Shown here: piece after piece, positions 26,659 through 36,911 of the stretch
How positions within the stretch are numbered: position 1 is the first letter of the stretch
Layout of the letters: every line of letters starts with the position of its first letter
Assembly (NCBI GenBank): GCA_964564305.1
Contig: CAZMAM010000003.1
Location: 7,983 to 71,982 of the forward strand
Direction: 5' to 3'
Length of the DNA stretch: 64,000 nt
Origin: an uncultured Eubacteriales bacterium
GTDB lineage: Bacteria; Bacillota; Clostridia; Oscillospirales; Acutalibacteraceae
Program-made: the position numbers and the translations under genes
The notes under the pieces: generated by a model
What the model was told of the DNA's origin: nothing
Database searches by the model: none
The model's input: the letters and a program-made list of their open reading frames with translations, nothing else

Positions 26659-29280
26659 ATGATTTGGCATCATGAAACATCCGAGGCGGTTATTCGCGAA
26701 CTGGGTACCGATGATGAAAACGGGCTCACCGCCGAAGAGGCTGCCGCGCGTTTGGCGGAGGACGGGCATAACCGCTATTACGAAAAGAAAACCAAACCTG
26801 TTTTTCGGCAAATCGGAGAACAGCTAAAAAAGCCATCTATGTGGATTTTGGCACTGTCCGGCCTGCTTTTGCTCATATCTGCGGTGGTTGCGCTGATGAA
26901 CGATCAACCCGCCAATTTTCTTTCCGCCGCAGTGGTATTGCTGCTCCCTTTTTTCGGCGCGCTGGTATGCGTATTGATGGAGCGGCGCGCCACTTCTCAT
27001 CTTCACCGTGTGTCCAATACGCAAAATAACACCGTAACCGTTTTACGGGACGGGGAATGGATATCTCTTTCGGCGGCGGATGTAGTTCGCGGAGATGTCT
27101 TGCGACTGCTGGAGGGCATGATTATTCCGGCCGATGCCCGCCTGATCGAGGCGCAGGATCTTCGCTGCGATCAATGTGTGCTTACAGGAGAGGAAACCGA
27201 AGTTGCAAAATCCGCCGATGCCCTGTTAGAGGTTCACGTTTCTCTGTCCGAGCGGGCAAATATGGTTTACGCCGGCTGTGGGGTCAGTCACGGCTCCGGT
27301 ATCGCGGTGGTCGTGGCGACCGCTCAGGCTACCGAATACGCTCTGATGCTGAACGATCAAAGCCGAGAAAATTCACCTTTGCCGGTTATCGGAAGAGATA
27401 TCGCTTCTCTGGAAAAAATCATTCAGTTGCCAATAACGGTGATTGCGGCTGTTCTGGCCCTGCTTGCCGTTTTTCGTCATACAGGCAGCCTGCTTGCTTC
27501 TTTTTCCGGTATATGCGCGGTGATTGCCGCCGCCATTCCCACCGGGTTGTTAGCGGTTGCCACCATTGCCATGGCGACGGGGCTTCGGGAAATCAACGAC
27601 CGCCATGCCGATGTGCGTGAGCTTTCGGTAATGGGCGCTTTGGCGAGGGTGACCGTTATCTGTGCCAATAAAACCGGAATGCTGACCAGCGACGAGAAGC
27701 GTCCGGTTTGCGTATTTACGGGCGATCAAACCGAACTGCTTTCCCGCATTCCTTCCGATCGGGCACAGCTTCTGATTCGCCTTGCCGCTTTGTGTACCGA
27801 AAGTGATACCCGTATGGCCGGTCGGGATAACGATCTGATCGGAAATCCCACCGAGAGCGCCGTCATCGAATATGCGCGAGATATCGGCTTGGAACGCCGT
27901 CAGTTAATGGAAGACGCTCCCCGCCTGGCGGTGCTTCCCTTCGACCGCGTACGCCGCCGCACATCGGTGGTACATTTGGTTTCCGGGCGAAAACTGATGA
28001 TTACGATGGGTGCACCGGATGCGATATACGATATTTGCGACGGCGAATGCAACGGGGCGAAACAGGCTCAGCGCGGAATGGAAGAAGAGGCGCTGCGCGT
28101 TTTGGCGGTCGCGTACAAATATGTGGATGATCTGGCGGCGGAGCATTTTTCCGCCTCGGAAGAGCATGCCATGACATTAGCCGGCTTAATTGCGCTTGGG
28201 GATCGCCCAAGAGAAGATTCGGCGCAGGCCATTGCCGCGTGTTCGGTCGGTGGCATCACTACCGTGATGACCACGGGGGATTCTCCTGTCACTGCCAAAG
28301 CGGTGGGGGAGCAGCTGGGCATTTTGTGGGACGATTCCGAGATGATTACCGGCGAACAGCTGGCTTTGCTGACGGATGACCAGTTAGAAAAAGAAATTCA
28401 CCATTACCGTGTGTATGCGCAAATCGGTCAGGAAGATCGCCTTCGGGTGATTCGCGCGTGGCAAAAAACGGGAGAAACGGTTGCGGTTACCGGAAGCGGG
28501 CTGAGTGATGTTCCCGCTTTGCAGGCAGCGGACGTCGGTTGTGCCGCCGGCGCGGCCGATTGCGATATGACACGGGACGCCTCCGATGTTGCCTTGCACG
28601 ATAACCGTTTTGCTTCATTGGTCGATGTGATTCGCCAAGCGCGCGGCGTTTACGCCAACATACGCAAAGCGACACAGTATGCCGTAACTTGCGGTATCGC
28701 CTGTGTATTTTCCGCCCTGCTCGGGATAATCGTCCATAAAACTCTTCCGGTTTCCGCTCCGGGTATGGCGCTGTTTTGGATGGCCGAGCTTGTGCTTACG
28801 CTCGCCATCGGATTTTCTTCCCCCGACCGTCACGCTTTGGTGGAAAAGCCGCGCAAGGGACTTTCCCGCCTGATGCCTCCGGGCGCCTGGGGAGCCGCCG
28901 TATGGCAGGGATTGCTTACGGGAATTTGCGTATTTATCGCCTTTGACATCGGACGTATGGGCGCTGGGAAAAACGGAAGTGAACTGGAACTGTTCGGTGT
29001 GACTACGGCGTTTATCACTCTGATTCTTTCCCGCCTGTGGCTGGCTTTGTTATGCGGACATAACCGGCATGGCGTCCGTATGGTTCCGTTGATGGCGGTT
29101 GTTGTTTTTATCGTTTCCGCTCTTTGCGTGGTGATTCCGCCCGTTTCCGGCGTGATGGGGCTGACTCAGGTGCTTCCTTCCAATTGGCTGATTGCTGTTT
29201 TGCTCTCTTTGATTCCCGCTGTCGCCGCCTTTATCGCCAAGACCTTTTCCGGATTGACCCGATCGGTAAAAGAACCGTAA
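26659..29280 (+). CDS. P-type ATPase (P2/Ca-ATPase-like) homologue with degenerate catalytic motifs
   Basis: The overall layout is Cation_ATPase_N (LTAEEAAARLAEDGHN), A domain, P/N domains and 10 TM. However DKTGT reads NKTGM, TGES reads TGEE, PEGLP reads PTGLL, KGAPE reads MGAPD and GDGVND reads GSGLSD. TTG 26602 is an alternative start. Confidence 0.85.
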   Translation: MIWHHETSEAVIRELGTDDENGLTAEEAAARLAEDGHNRYYEKKTKPVFRQIGEQLKKPSMWILALSGLLLLISAVVALMNDQPANFLSAAVVLLLPFFGALVCVLMERRATSHLHRVSNTQNNTVTVLRDGEWISLSAADVVRGDVLRLLEGMIIPADARLIEAQDLRCDQCVLTGEETEVAKSADALLEVHVSLSERANMVYAGCGVSHGSGIAVVVATAQATEYALMLNDQSRENSPLPVIGRDIASLEKIIQLPITVIAAVLALLAVFRHTGSLLASFSGICAVIAAAIPTGLLAVATIAMATGLREINDRHADVRELSVMGALARVTVICANKTGMLTSDEKRPVCVFTGDQTELLSRIPSDRAQLLIRLAALCTESDTRMAGRDNDLIGNPTESAVIEYARDIGLERRQLMEDAPRLAVLPFDRVRRRTSVVHLVSGRKLMITMGAPDAIYDICDGECNGAKQAQRGMEEEALRVLAVAYKYVDDLAAEHFSASEEHAMTLAGLIALGDRPREDSAQAIAACSVGGITTVMTTGDSPVTAKAVGEQLGILWDDSEMITGEQLALLTDDQLEKEIHHYRVYAQIGQEDRLRVIRAWQKTGETVAVTGSGLSDVPALQAADVGCAAGAADCDMTRDASDVALHDNRFASLVDVIRQARGVYANIRKATQYAVTCGIACVFSALLGIIVHKTLPVSAPGMALFWMAELVLTLAIGFSSPDRHALVEKPRKGLSRLMPPGAWGAAVWQGLLTGICVFIAFDIGRMGAGKNGSELELFGVTTAFITLILSRLWLALLCGHNRHGVRMVPLMAVVVFIVSALCVVIPPVSGVMGLTQVLPSNWLIAVLLSLIPAVAAFIAKTFSGLTRSVKEP

Positions 29281-29299
29281 GCAGGAGGGGAGTACCGCT

Positions 29300-30829
29300 G
29301 TGTTTGCCTGTATGAACAGTATGGGGATTCTTGGGGTCGACGGCTTTGTGGTCACGGTAGAAGCCGATCTTTCCGGCGGACTCCCCGGCTTTGATGTGGT
29401 CGGTCTTCCCGGATCTGCCGTGCGCGAATCCCGTGACCGCGTGCGAGCGGCATTGAAAAATTGCGGATTCGAGTATCCCGTTTCCCGCATTACCGTAAAC
29501 TTAGCGCCAGCGGATATCCGCAAGGAAGGATCGGTTTACGATCTTCCGCTGTTGCTCGCCATTTTGCAGGCGAGTAATCAGCTGAATGTTCCCTTAGAGG
29601 ATGCCGCGTTTTTGGGAGAACTTTCTCTGGGCGGAGAAGTGCGCGCCGTGCGGGGCGTGTTGCCCATGGTGATTGCCGCCAGAGATGCCGGTCTGTCCCG
29701 CGTTTTTCTGCCGAAAGATAACGCGGCGGAGGGCGCGGTGGTTAGCGGTATAGATGTGTACGCCATCGGCAGTGTGGGCGAGTTGCTTGCCTATTTACAG
29801 GGTAATTTGGCGCTTACCCCTTGTTCTTATTCCGAATTTTCCCCGCATCAGGAGGATCCGCCGCCGGATTTTGCGGATGTGATGGGGCAATTTACCGCGC
29901 GCCGAGCCATGGAGGTAGCCGCTGCGGGAGGGCATAATCTGTTGCTGATTGGCCCGCCCGGATCCGGGAAAAGTATGCTGGCCAAGCGCCTTCCCTCTAT
30001 TTTGCCGGATCTTTCTCCTCAGGAAGCATTGGAGGCCACAAAAATTCATTCCATTGCCGGCACCCTTCCCGGGGGAGTCGGGCTGTTGCGCCATCGTCCG
30101 TTTCGCGCTCCGCATCATAACATTTCCTCCGCGGGGCTCACCGGCGGAGGGTCTATTCCGCATCCGGGTGAAGTGTCGCTTGCGCATCACGGGGTTTTAT
30201 TTTTGGATGAACTTCCGGAATTTTCCCGCATGGCAATGGAAAGTCTTCGGCAGCCTTTGGAAGACGGGAAAGTGACCATATCCCGGGTTCAGGCATCGCT
30301 GACTTATCCCTGCTCGTTTATGCTGGTGGCCGCCATGAATCCGTGCCCCTGCGGCTATTTTGGGCATCCGACACGCCGATGCACCTGCACCCCCGCCGCG
30401 CAGCAAAATTACCTTTCCCGTATTTCCGGGCCATTGCTGGATCGTATCGATATTCATATGGAAGTGCCTCCCGTCGGGTATGACAAGCTCAGTGCGCCGC
30501 AAAAAGGCGAATCGTCGGCCGCCATACGCGAGCGGGTCAACCGTGCGCGAACCGTTCAGCAGAAGCGGTATGCCGGAAGCGGTATTCTCTCCAATGCCCG
30601 CATTCCTTCCGGACAACTGAAGGAGATTTGCCCCATGACAGCCGCTGCCTCCGATATGATGCGCAAGGCATTTGAGGCCATGGGTCTCTCCGCCCGCGCG
30701 TATGACCGCTTGCTCAAGGTTTCCCGAACCATAGCGGATCTGGAGGACAGCGCGGTAATTGATGCTCCGCATATGGCGGAAGCGCTGCAATACCGCAGTT
30801 TAGACCGAAAGTATTGGCAGGGCCGGTAA
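29300..30829 (+). CDS. YifB/ComM-family Mg-chelatase-like AAA+ ATPase
   Basis: The Lon-like N-domain has GLPGFDVVGLPG, Walker A is GPPGSGKS, and LFLDELPEF is present. Confidence 0.9.
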   Translation: MFACMNSMGILGVDGFVVTVEADLSGGLPGFDVVGLPGSAVRESRDRVRAALKNCGFEYPVSRITVNLAPADIRKEGSVYDLPLLLAILQASNQLNVPLEDAAFLGELSLGGEVRAVRGVLPMVIAARDAGLSRVFLPKDNAAEGAVVSGIDVYAIGSVGELLAYLQGNLALTPCSYSEFSPHQEDPPPDFADVMGQFTARRAMEVAAAGGHNLLLIGPPGSGKSMLAKRLPSILPDLSPQEALEATKIHSIAGTLPGGVGLLRHRPFRAPHHNISSAGLTGGGSIPHPGEVSLAHHGVLFLDELPEFSRMAMESLRQPLEDGKVTISRVQASLTYPCSFMLVAAMNPCPCGYFGHPTRRCTCTPAAQQNYLSRISGPLLDRIDIHMEVPPVGYDKLSAPQKGESSAAIRERVNRARTVQQKRYAGSGILSNARIPSGQLKEICPMTAAASDMMRKAFEAMGLSARAYDRLLKVSRTIADLEDSAVIDAPHMAEALQYRSLDRKYWQGR

Positions 30830-31055
30830 CCCATATGGCCCAAATTGTTGTTAAACGCTCGCTTCAATGATAAATAAGCTCTGAAAATGAGCACTGAATT
30901 TAAATATCTTTAAGGGTGCCGTTTATTATCGGTTCGGATGTTCCGAAAGCGTCTGTGATGCGGCCTTGTGATGTTGCTTATCATGTTTTTGTTGATGCGA
31001 AAGAGAATGATTTCCATATATTGCTTTTCGGGTTGAACCTATCAGAACAGGAGGA

Positions 31056-33038
31056 ATGGCAATGAAGCGGAAATGGTCACAAAAACTGTTGGCGGTAACG
31101 GCGGCTTTGGTTTTTTGCGTTTCCGGTGCCCTATTGGTGCTTGCGGACAGCGACATTTTGCAGAGCCCCGGCAATGTTTCGGAACGTCAGCTCGCGCCGG
31201 GCGTGAGCTACACGGAGAAAATCGGCGCTGCGTCGTCGGCGGGAAAACAAAATATCTACACCGTCACATACGATTACACCGATCCGAATTATGATTTGGT
31301 GGTCAGCGGCCAAATCGGTTCGCGCGCCACGGTCAGCGAGATGGCGAAATCTTTAGCGGAAAATCCTCATTATCAGGTGTTGGCGGGTGTAAACGGAGAT
31401 CACTTCTCTTATGGTACGGGTATTCCGCTCGGCTTTTGCATGGACGATGGGGAAATTTTGGAAAGCCCGGTCACCGATAAAGAGGCGGACGGATATTTTT
31501 TCCATTCCTTTGGTGTCAAGAGGGACGGAACTTCCCTTTCCGGATATAACCCGACTTTAATTGCCACGCATAAGAAAGCGGGTATGCCGGACAGCCGGCG
31601 CTGTACGATATCCCGCATCAATCGCACGCGGGAATCTTTCGCTCCGTCGGTGCTCTTTACCCCCGCTTACGGCAGTTCCACCAAAACGACCGATGGCAAG
31701 GAATTGATCATTAAGATTGTGAGCGGAAATGTCGGGCCGCAGTCCAATCCGCTTATCGGCGAAATTACCGATATTCGCACCGAGGGCAACAGTCCCTTAG
31801 AGGCAGGAACGGTGGTGCTTTCCTGTCAGGGTTCCGCGGAACGGGATTTGGATATGTATGCGGTCGGCGACCGCATCGAGATGACGTTTACCTTTTTAGA
31901 AGAAGAATGGAATGATGTCGATTTCGCGATCGGCGGAAATTATGCGATTGTGCAAAACGGTAAAGCGGTGGAAGTCGATTATGCCCATCCGGACAATCCC
32001 GATTCGGACGGATCGCCCTTTATAGGCAGTCAGCCCCGCACCGCTATCGGCATAACTCAAGCGGGCAAAGTGGTGATTGTTGCGGTTGATGGGCGCAGAT
32101 CCGATGCCATTGGGCTTTCCGCCAATGAAATGGCGCATTATATGGCGGAGGATATGCAATGCGAGAACGCCGTACTGATGGATGGCGGCGGATCTACCGC
32201 AATCGGTGTCCTTTTCGACGGTGCATTTCAGGTGCGCAATCACCCGTCCGATAAAGAAGAACGGGCGGTCGGCAACGGCGTGTTTTTGGTCAAACGGGAT
32301 ACGCCCCGCCCCTCTACCGCTCCTACCGCGCCCACGAAGCCTCAGGCTCAGCAACCGCTGAATCTTTTACCGGGCAATTCGGAACAGTTTGAACAGACCA
32401 AACTGAGCGCAACTTTGCAAGCCGGTTCGATCACGTTGCATTCTACCGGCGCGGGAGCGGTTTTGAAATATCCTGTCAACTCTTTATACAGCATCAAAAA
32501 ACTGCCGAATCTGTACTTTTCCCTTCAATCGGATGTCGGCGTGAATATTCGGATAAATTATGTCGGCGTGAATCGGGGGAAAGCGGGGATCACCGATGAT
32601 TGGGGCCCGGATTTTCATGTCTCAGCGGGAGGATATTTAAAGCCCGGGGTATACGATGACCGAGGTGAAAACGGCGCCGATTATACCGGTATGGTAGCTT
32701 TTACCGGAAGCGTGAGTTATAACCAGAATATTCCGCCAAGCAACCTCATTCGGGTGGAAAGCGTGGAAATTCTGTGCAGCGGCGCGGGAACCGTAACCGT
32801 CGGTGCGCTGTATATGGGTGACCTTGCGACCGATGACGTTCCGGGACCGGGGGTCACCGATATCCCGGGGGATGTCGTTGCCGATGGGGACATCACGATG
32901 GCGGACGCTCAGAATCTTTTCCTTTCCATCACCGAGGGAAAAGCTGCTGATGCCGATTTTAATGAAGATGGGCAAACCGATATCGAGGATATTCTTTGGA
33001 TTTATCTGCTGGCCAGCCGTGAGCGGGCACTGGGTTAA
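31056..33038 (+). CDS. Secreted phosphodiester-glycosidase (NAGPA/DUF2233-like) protein with a C-terminal dockerin
   Basis: A signal peptide is present. The NAGPA-like core has PRTAIGITQAGKVVIVAVDGR...MDGGGST. The C-terminus has two Ca-loop repeats, GDVVADGDITMADAQNLFL and DFNEDGQTDIEDILWIYLL. Confidence 0.75.
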   Translation: MAMKRKWSQKLLAVTAALVFCVSGALLVLADSDILQSPGNVSERQLAPGVSYTEKIGAASSAGKQNIYTVTYDYTDPNYDLVVSGQIGSRATVSEMAKSLAENPHYQVLAGVNGDHFSYGTGIPLGFCMDDGEILESPVTDKEADGYFFHSFGVKRDGTSLSGYNPTLIATHKKAGMPDSRRCTISRINRTRESFAPSVLFTPAYGSSTKTTDGKELIIKIVSGNVGPQSNPLIGEITDIRTEGNSPLEAGTVVLSCQGSAERDLDMYAVGDRIEMTFTFLEEEWNDVDFAIGGNYAIVQNGKAVEVDYAHPDNPDSDGSPFIGSQPRTAIGITQAGKVVIVAVDGRRSDAIGLSANEMAHYMAEDMQCENAVLMDGGGSTAIGVLFDGAFQVRNHPSDKEERAVGNGVFLVKRDTPRPSTAPTAPTKPQAQQPLNLLPGNSEQFEQTKLSATLQAGSITLHSTGAGAVLKYPVNSLYSIKKLPNLYFSLQSDVGVNIRINYVGVNRGKAGITDDWGPDFHVSAGGYLKPGVYDDRGENGADYTGMVAFTGSVSYNQNIPPSNLIRVESVEILCSGAGTVTVGALYMGDLATDDVPGPGVTDIPGDVVADGDITMADAQNLFLSITEGKAADADFNEDGQTDIEDILWIYLLASRERALG

Positions 33039-33065
33039 ATCACGCACCTCCTTCGTGTGCATACA

Positions 33066-33100
33066 GCAAAAACCGGGCAAGGAAAACCCTTGCCCGGTTT
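33066..33100. terminator. Bidirectional hairpin terminator (12-bp stem) between the glycosidase gene and tRNA-Leu
   Basis: AACCGGGCAAGG-aaaac-CCTTGCCCGGTT. The T5 run is on the minus-strand side, with TTT on the plus side. Confidence 0.75.
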
Positions 33101-33103
33101 GGT

Positions 33104-33190
33104 TGGTGCCGCTGACCGGACTTGAACCGGTACGATGTTGCCATCGAGGGATTTTAAGTCCCTTGTGTCTGCCTATTCCACCACAGCGGC
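33104..33190 (-). tRNA. tRNA-Leu (anticodon UAA), class II with long variable arm, CCA encoded
   Basis: The reverse complement is GCCGCTG...CAGCGGCACCA with a 7-bp acceptor stem. The anticodon stem-loop is AGGGA-CTTAAAA-TCCCT and the T-arm is GGTTCAAGTCC. Confidence 0.9.
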
Positions 33191-33206
33191 CGATTTCACA
33201 GTCATT

Positions 33207-33235
33207 ATCATACCTTTTTTTCCCTCGGTTGTCAA
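33207..33235 (-). promoter_or_regulatory. Sigma-70-type promoter for tRNA-Leu (TTGACA-17-TATGAT)
   Basis: On the minus strand, TTGACA (33235-33230), a 17-nt spacer and TATGAT (33212-33207) lie about 17 nt upstream of the tRNA 5' end. Confidence 0.65.
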
Positions 33236-33280
33236 GGGCGAAACGCCCGTTAACCGAAGAAAACTCCCCGCTTTTTGCGG

Positions 33281-33309
33281 TTGACGAACTGCGGGGAATG
33301 GAGTATAAT
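33281..33309 (+). promoter_or_regulatory. Near-consensus sigma-70 promoter for ilvBNC (TTGACG-17-TATAAT)
   Basis: TTGACG 33281-33286, an exact 17-nt spacer, and TATAAT 33304-33309. The -10 box is duplicated by a 16-bp tandem repeat. Confidence 0.7.
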
Positions 33310-33444
33310 CTTAATGGAGTATAATCTTAAGGAAATACCGTATAATGATTGTGCGTCAGATGTGTCGGTAAATTTTTCGTCAAAAATCATAATTACGTTC
33401 AGCCGGCATTTTTGGCGGCTGTTTTGCGAAAAGAGGAACATACG

Positions 33445-35064
33445 GTGACAGGTGCTCAGGTCATGGTGCGTTGCTTGGAACGGGAACACATCCGGACGGT
33501 TTTCGGGTATCCGGGTGCGGCCATTTGCCCGTTCTACGATGCGCTGTTGGGCAGCGAGGTGCATCATGTCTTGGTGCGCACGGAACAAAACGCAGCGCAT
33601 GCGGCAAGCGGTTATGCCCGTGTTACCGGTCAGGCGGGAGTTTGCGTTGCCACATCCGGACCCGGCGCGACCAACTTATTAACGGGTATCGCCTCCGCCT
33701 ATATGGATTCCATTCCGCTGGTGGTGATTACCGGTCAAGTCAGATCCGATTTAATCGGTCGCGATGTTTTTCAGGAAGCGGATATTACCGGCGCCGCCGA
33801 ACCTTTTACCAAGCACAGCTACTTGGTGACCGATGCCGAAAGCCTTGCGCGTGTTTTCAAAGAGGCTTTTTTTATTGCCTGTGCCGGAAGACCCGGCCCG
33901 GTGCTGATTGATGTACCCATGGATATTCAGCAGCGGGAGGTTACCCGGTTTGATTACGATACACCGCCGGATATTATCGGCTACAAGCCCAGTACGCAGG
34001 GGCATCCGTTACAAATTCGCAAGGCCGTGGAAGCGTTACGGGAATCCAAACGTCCGGTTTTATGTGCCGGGGGAGGAGTTTTCTCATCTCGGGCGCAGGC
34101 GGAGCTGAAACAACTGGTAGAAACCCTTCATCTTCCCACCATTTGCACCATGATGGGAGTTGGCGCATTGCCGACCGAACACCCTCTGAATTTAGGCATG
34201 TTGGGTTCTCACGGCTGTGTTCCGGCCAATAAGGCCATTCGGGATGCGGATTTGGTGATGCTGGCTGGCGCGAGAGTAGGGGATCGCGCCGTTGCCGCGC
34301 CCGATCAGGTGGCCAATCGCGCAAAAATTATTCATATCGACATCGACCCCGCAGAAATCGGTAAAAATATGCCGGCGCACATACCGATTGTCGGAGATTT
34401 GCGCAATGTACTTTCCGCCATCTGTGAGAAAGTGAATTTTACTGTACCGCCTCAGTGGGTGCAGGAAGTGACCGATCGCAAAAAAAGATATGCTTCCATG
34501 CCTATTGAACCGCTGAATGGATTTGTGGAGCCGAAAACTTTTTTGCGGGATTTTTCCGTGAAACTTAACGATAATGCGGTGGTATGCGCGGACGTCGGTC
34601 AAAATCAAATTTGGTGTGCCAATTATATCCGCATTCAAAACGGAAGATTGCTGACTTCCGGCGGAATGGGCACAATGGGTTATTCCGTTCCCTGTGCGCT
34701 CGGGGTCAAATGTGCGCAGCCGGATCGCCAGGTCATCGCCATTTGCGGGGACGGGTCTTTTCAGATGAGTATGATGGAACTGGCCACGATTTGTCAGGAA
34801 AAAAAGAACGTCAAGATTATCGTTATGTGCAACGGCGGGCTCGGTATGGTCAGAGAACTGCAAACCAGTCTTTACCGCGGCCGGTACAGCGGTGTGCGGT
34901 TAGAAGGCAGCCCGGATTTTACGGTGATTGCGTCGGCATACGGAATTCCTTCGCGGTTGGTACACAGTAACGCGCAGGCACTCGAAGCGGCGGATGCCAT
35001 GCTTGCCGCAGACGGGCCTTATTTGCTGGAATGTGTGGTTCCGTGGGATTATCCTTCACGGTAA
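33445..35064 (+). CDS. ilvB: Acetolactate synthase, large subunit
   Basis: GTG 33445 lies 7 nt after AAGAGGA. TGAQVMVRCLEREHIRTVFGYPG is followed by the TPP-binding GGMGTMGYSVPCALG...GDGSFQM. The track start at 33349 is judged an over-extension. Confidence 0.9.
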   Translation: MTGAQVMVRCLEREHIRTVFGYPGAAICPFYDALLGSEVHHVLVRTEQNAAHAASGYARVTGQAGVCVATSGPGATNLLTGIASAYMDSIPLVVITGQVRSDLIGRDVFQEADITGAAEPFTKHSYLVTDAESLARVFKEAFFIACAGRPGPVLIDVPMDIQQREVTRFDYDTPPDIIGYKPSTQGHPLQIRKAVEALRESKRPVLCAGGGVFSSRAQAELKQLVETLHLPTICTMMGVGALPTEHPLNLGMLGSHGCVPANKAIRDADLVMLAGARVGDRAVAAPDQVANRAKIIHIDIDPAEIGKNMPAHIPIVGDLRNVLSAICEKVNFTVPPQWVQEVTDRKKRYASMPIEPLNGFVEPKTFLRDFSVKLNDNAVVCADVGQNQIWCANYIRIQNGRLLTSGGMGTMGYSVPCALGVKCAQPDRQVIAICGDGSFQMSMMELATICQEKKNVKIIVMCNGGLGMVRELQTSLYRGRYSGVRLEGSPDFTVIASAYGIPSRLVHSNAQALEAADAMLAADGPYLLECVVPWDYPSR

Positions 35065-35080
35065 AGGAGGTATCCGGGAA

Positions 35081-35578
35081 ATGAAGTACACGATGTCGGT
35101 GCTGGTTGAAAATCATCCCGGGGTTCTATCCAAAGTTTCCGGTTTGTTTTCCCGAAGGGGTTTTAATATTGATTCTCTTGCGGTCGGCACCACGGAGGAT
35201 CCTTCCGTTTCCCGTATGACCATTGTGGTGGACGGGGACGAATATGTGGTGGAACAGGTAGAAAAGCAGCTGAATAAACTGATTCCGGTCATTAAAGTCA
35301 AAACACTCAGGGCGGGAGAAATAATTTCGCGCACGCTTTCGCTGATGAAAGTTTCGGTGACTTCCGGGCAAAGAGCGGAAATTATGCGGGTTTCGGAATT
35401 GATGGGAGCCAAAATTGTCGATGCGACCCGTTCTACGCTGACCGTTGAATTTTCGGATACCGCCGAACGAACCGAAACACTGGAAACGCTTTTGCGCCCG
35501 TATGGGATAAGAGAAATTGTGCGCACCGGAATTATCGCCATAGAAAAGGGCGCCGATTCCACGCGAAAAAAAGCGTAG
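35081..35578 (+). CDS. ilvN: Acetolactate synthase, small (regulatory ACT) subunit
   Basis: MKYTMSVLVENHPGVLSKVSGLFSRRGFNIDSLAVG. AAAGGAGG lies 10 nt upstream of ATG 35081. Confidence 0.9.
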   Translation: MKYTMSVLVENHPGVLSKVSGLFSRRGFNIDSLAVGTTEDPSVSRMTIVVDGDEYVVEQVEKQLNKLIPVIKVKTLRAGEIISRTLSLMKVSVTSGQRAEIMRVSELMGAKIVDATRSTLTVEFSDTAERTETLETLLRPYGIREIVRTGIIAIEKGADSTRKKA

Positions 35579-35672
35579 GACAAAGCTGTGCATCGGTTGT
35601 TTGCTTGCGGTGTTGTCCAAATAAAAATATCGTCTGTATTATGTACCGCCGGGCGGTACATATGCATCATAA

Positions 35673-36704
<1,032 letters not shown>

Positions 36705-36728
36705 TCTCGTTCCAAACCTTTTTCCGTT

Positions 36729-36910
36729 CTAAACCAATGCCGCATAAGGATTTTTGTGCGTAAAGCGGTAGAGGGATTTTTTGTCAGATGAGTCCAAAAC
36801 CTCAGCGAAACCCTTGTGTATTTGCGGGGATTTTTGGCCAAATTTCAGAAAAAACGCCCGCATATGGGTAGGTATTGCGCGGCGGCCGGTCTTTGTGCGG
36901 TGTCACCTTA
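36729..36910 (+). repeat. Intergenic repeat family, copy B
   Basis: It aligns with copy C and with the reverse complement of copy A. It ends with CCGGTCTTTGTGCGGTGTCACCTTA. Confidence 0.7.
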
Positions 36911-36911
36911 A

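Noticed and set aside
33310-33445. A T-box or peptide-leader attenuator upstream of ilvB.
   Set aside because: The leader of about 130 nt is too short for a T-box, and I see no specifier-loop or T-box sequence. The 8-codon ORF has only one Ile and one Val, so it is not a convincing branched-chain amino-acid leader peptide. Only the weak hairpin is retained as a low-confidence note.
35640-35662. The palindrome TGTACCGCCGGGCGGTACA between ilvN and ilvC, considered as a terminator.
   Set aside because: No T-run follows, and ilvC starts 45 nt downstream with its own RBS. It is more likely an incidental or RNA-stabilising hairpin. The evidence is not enough to call a feature.
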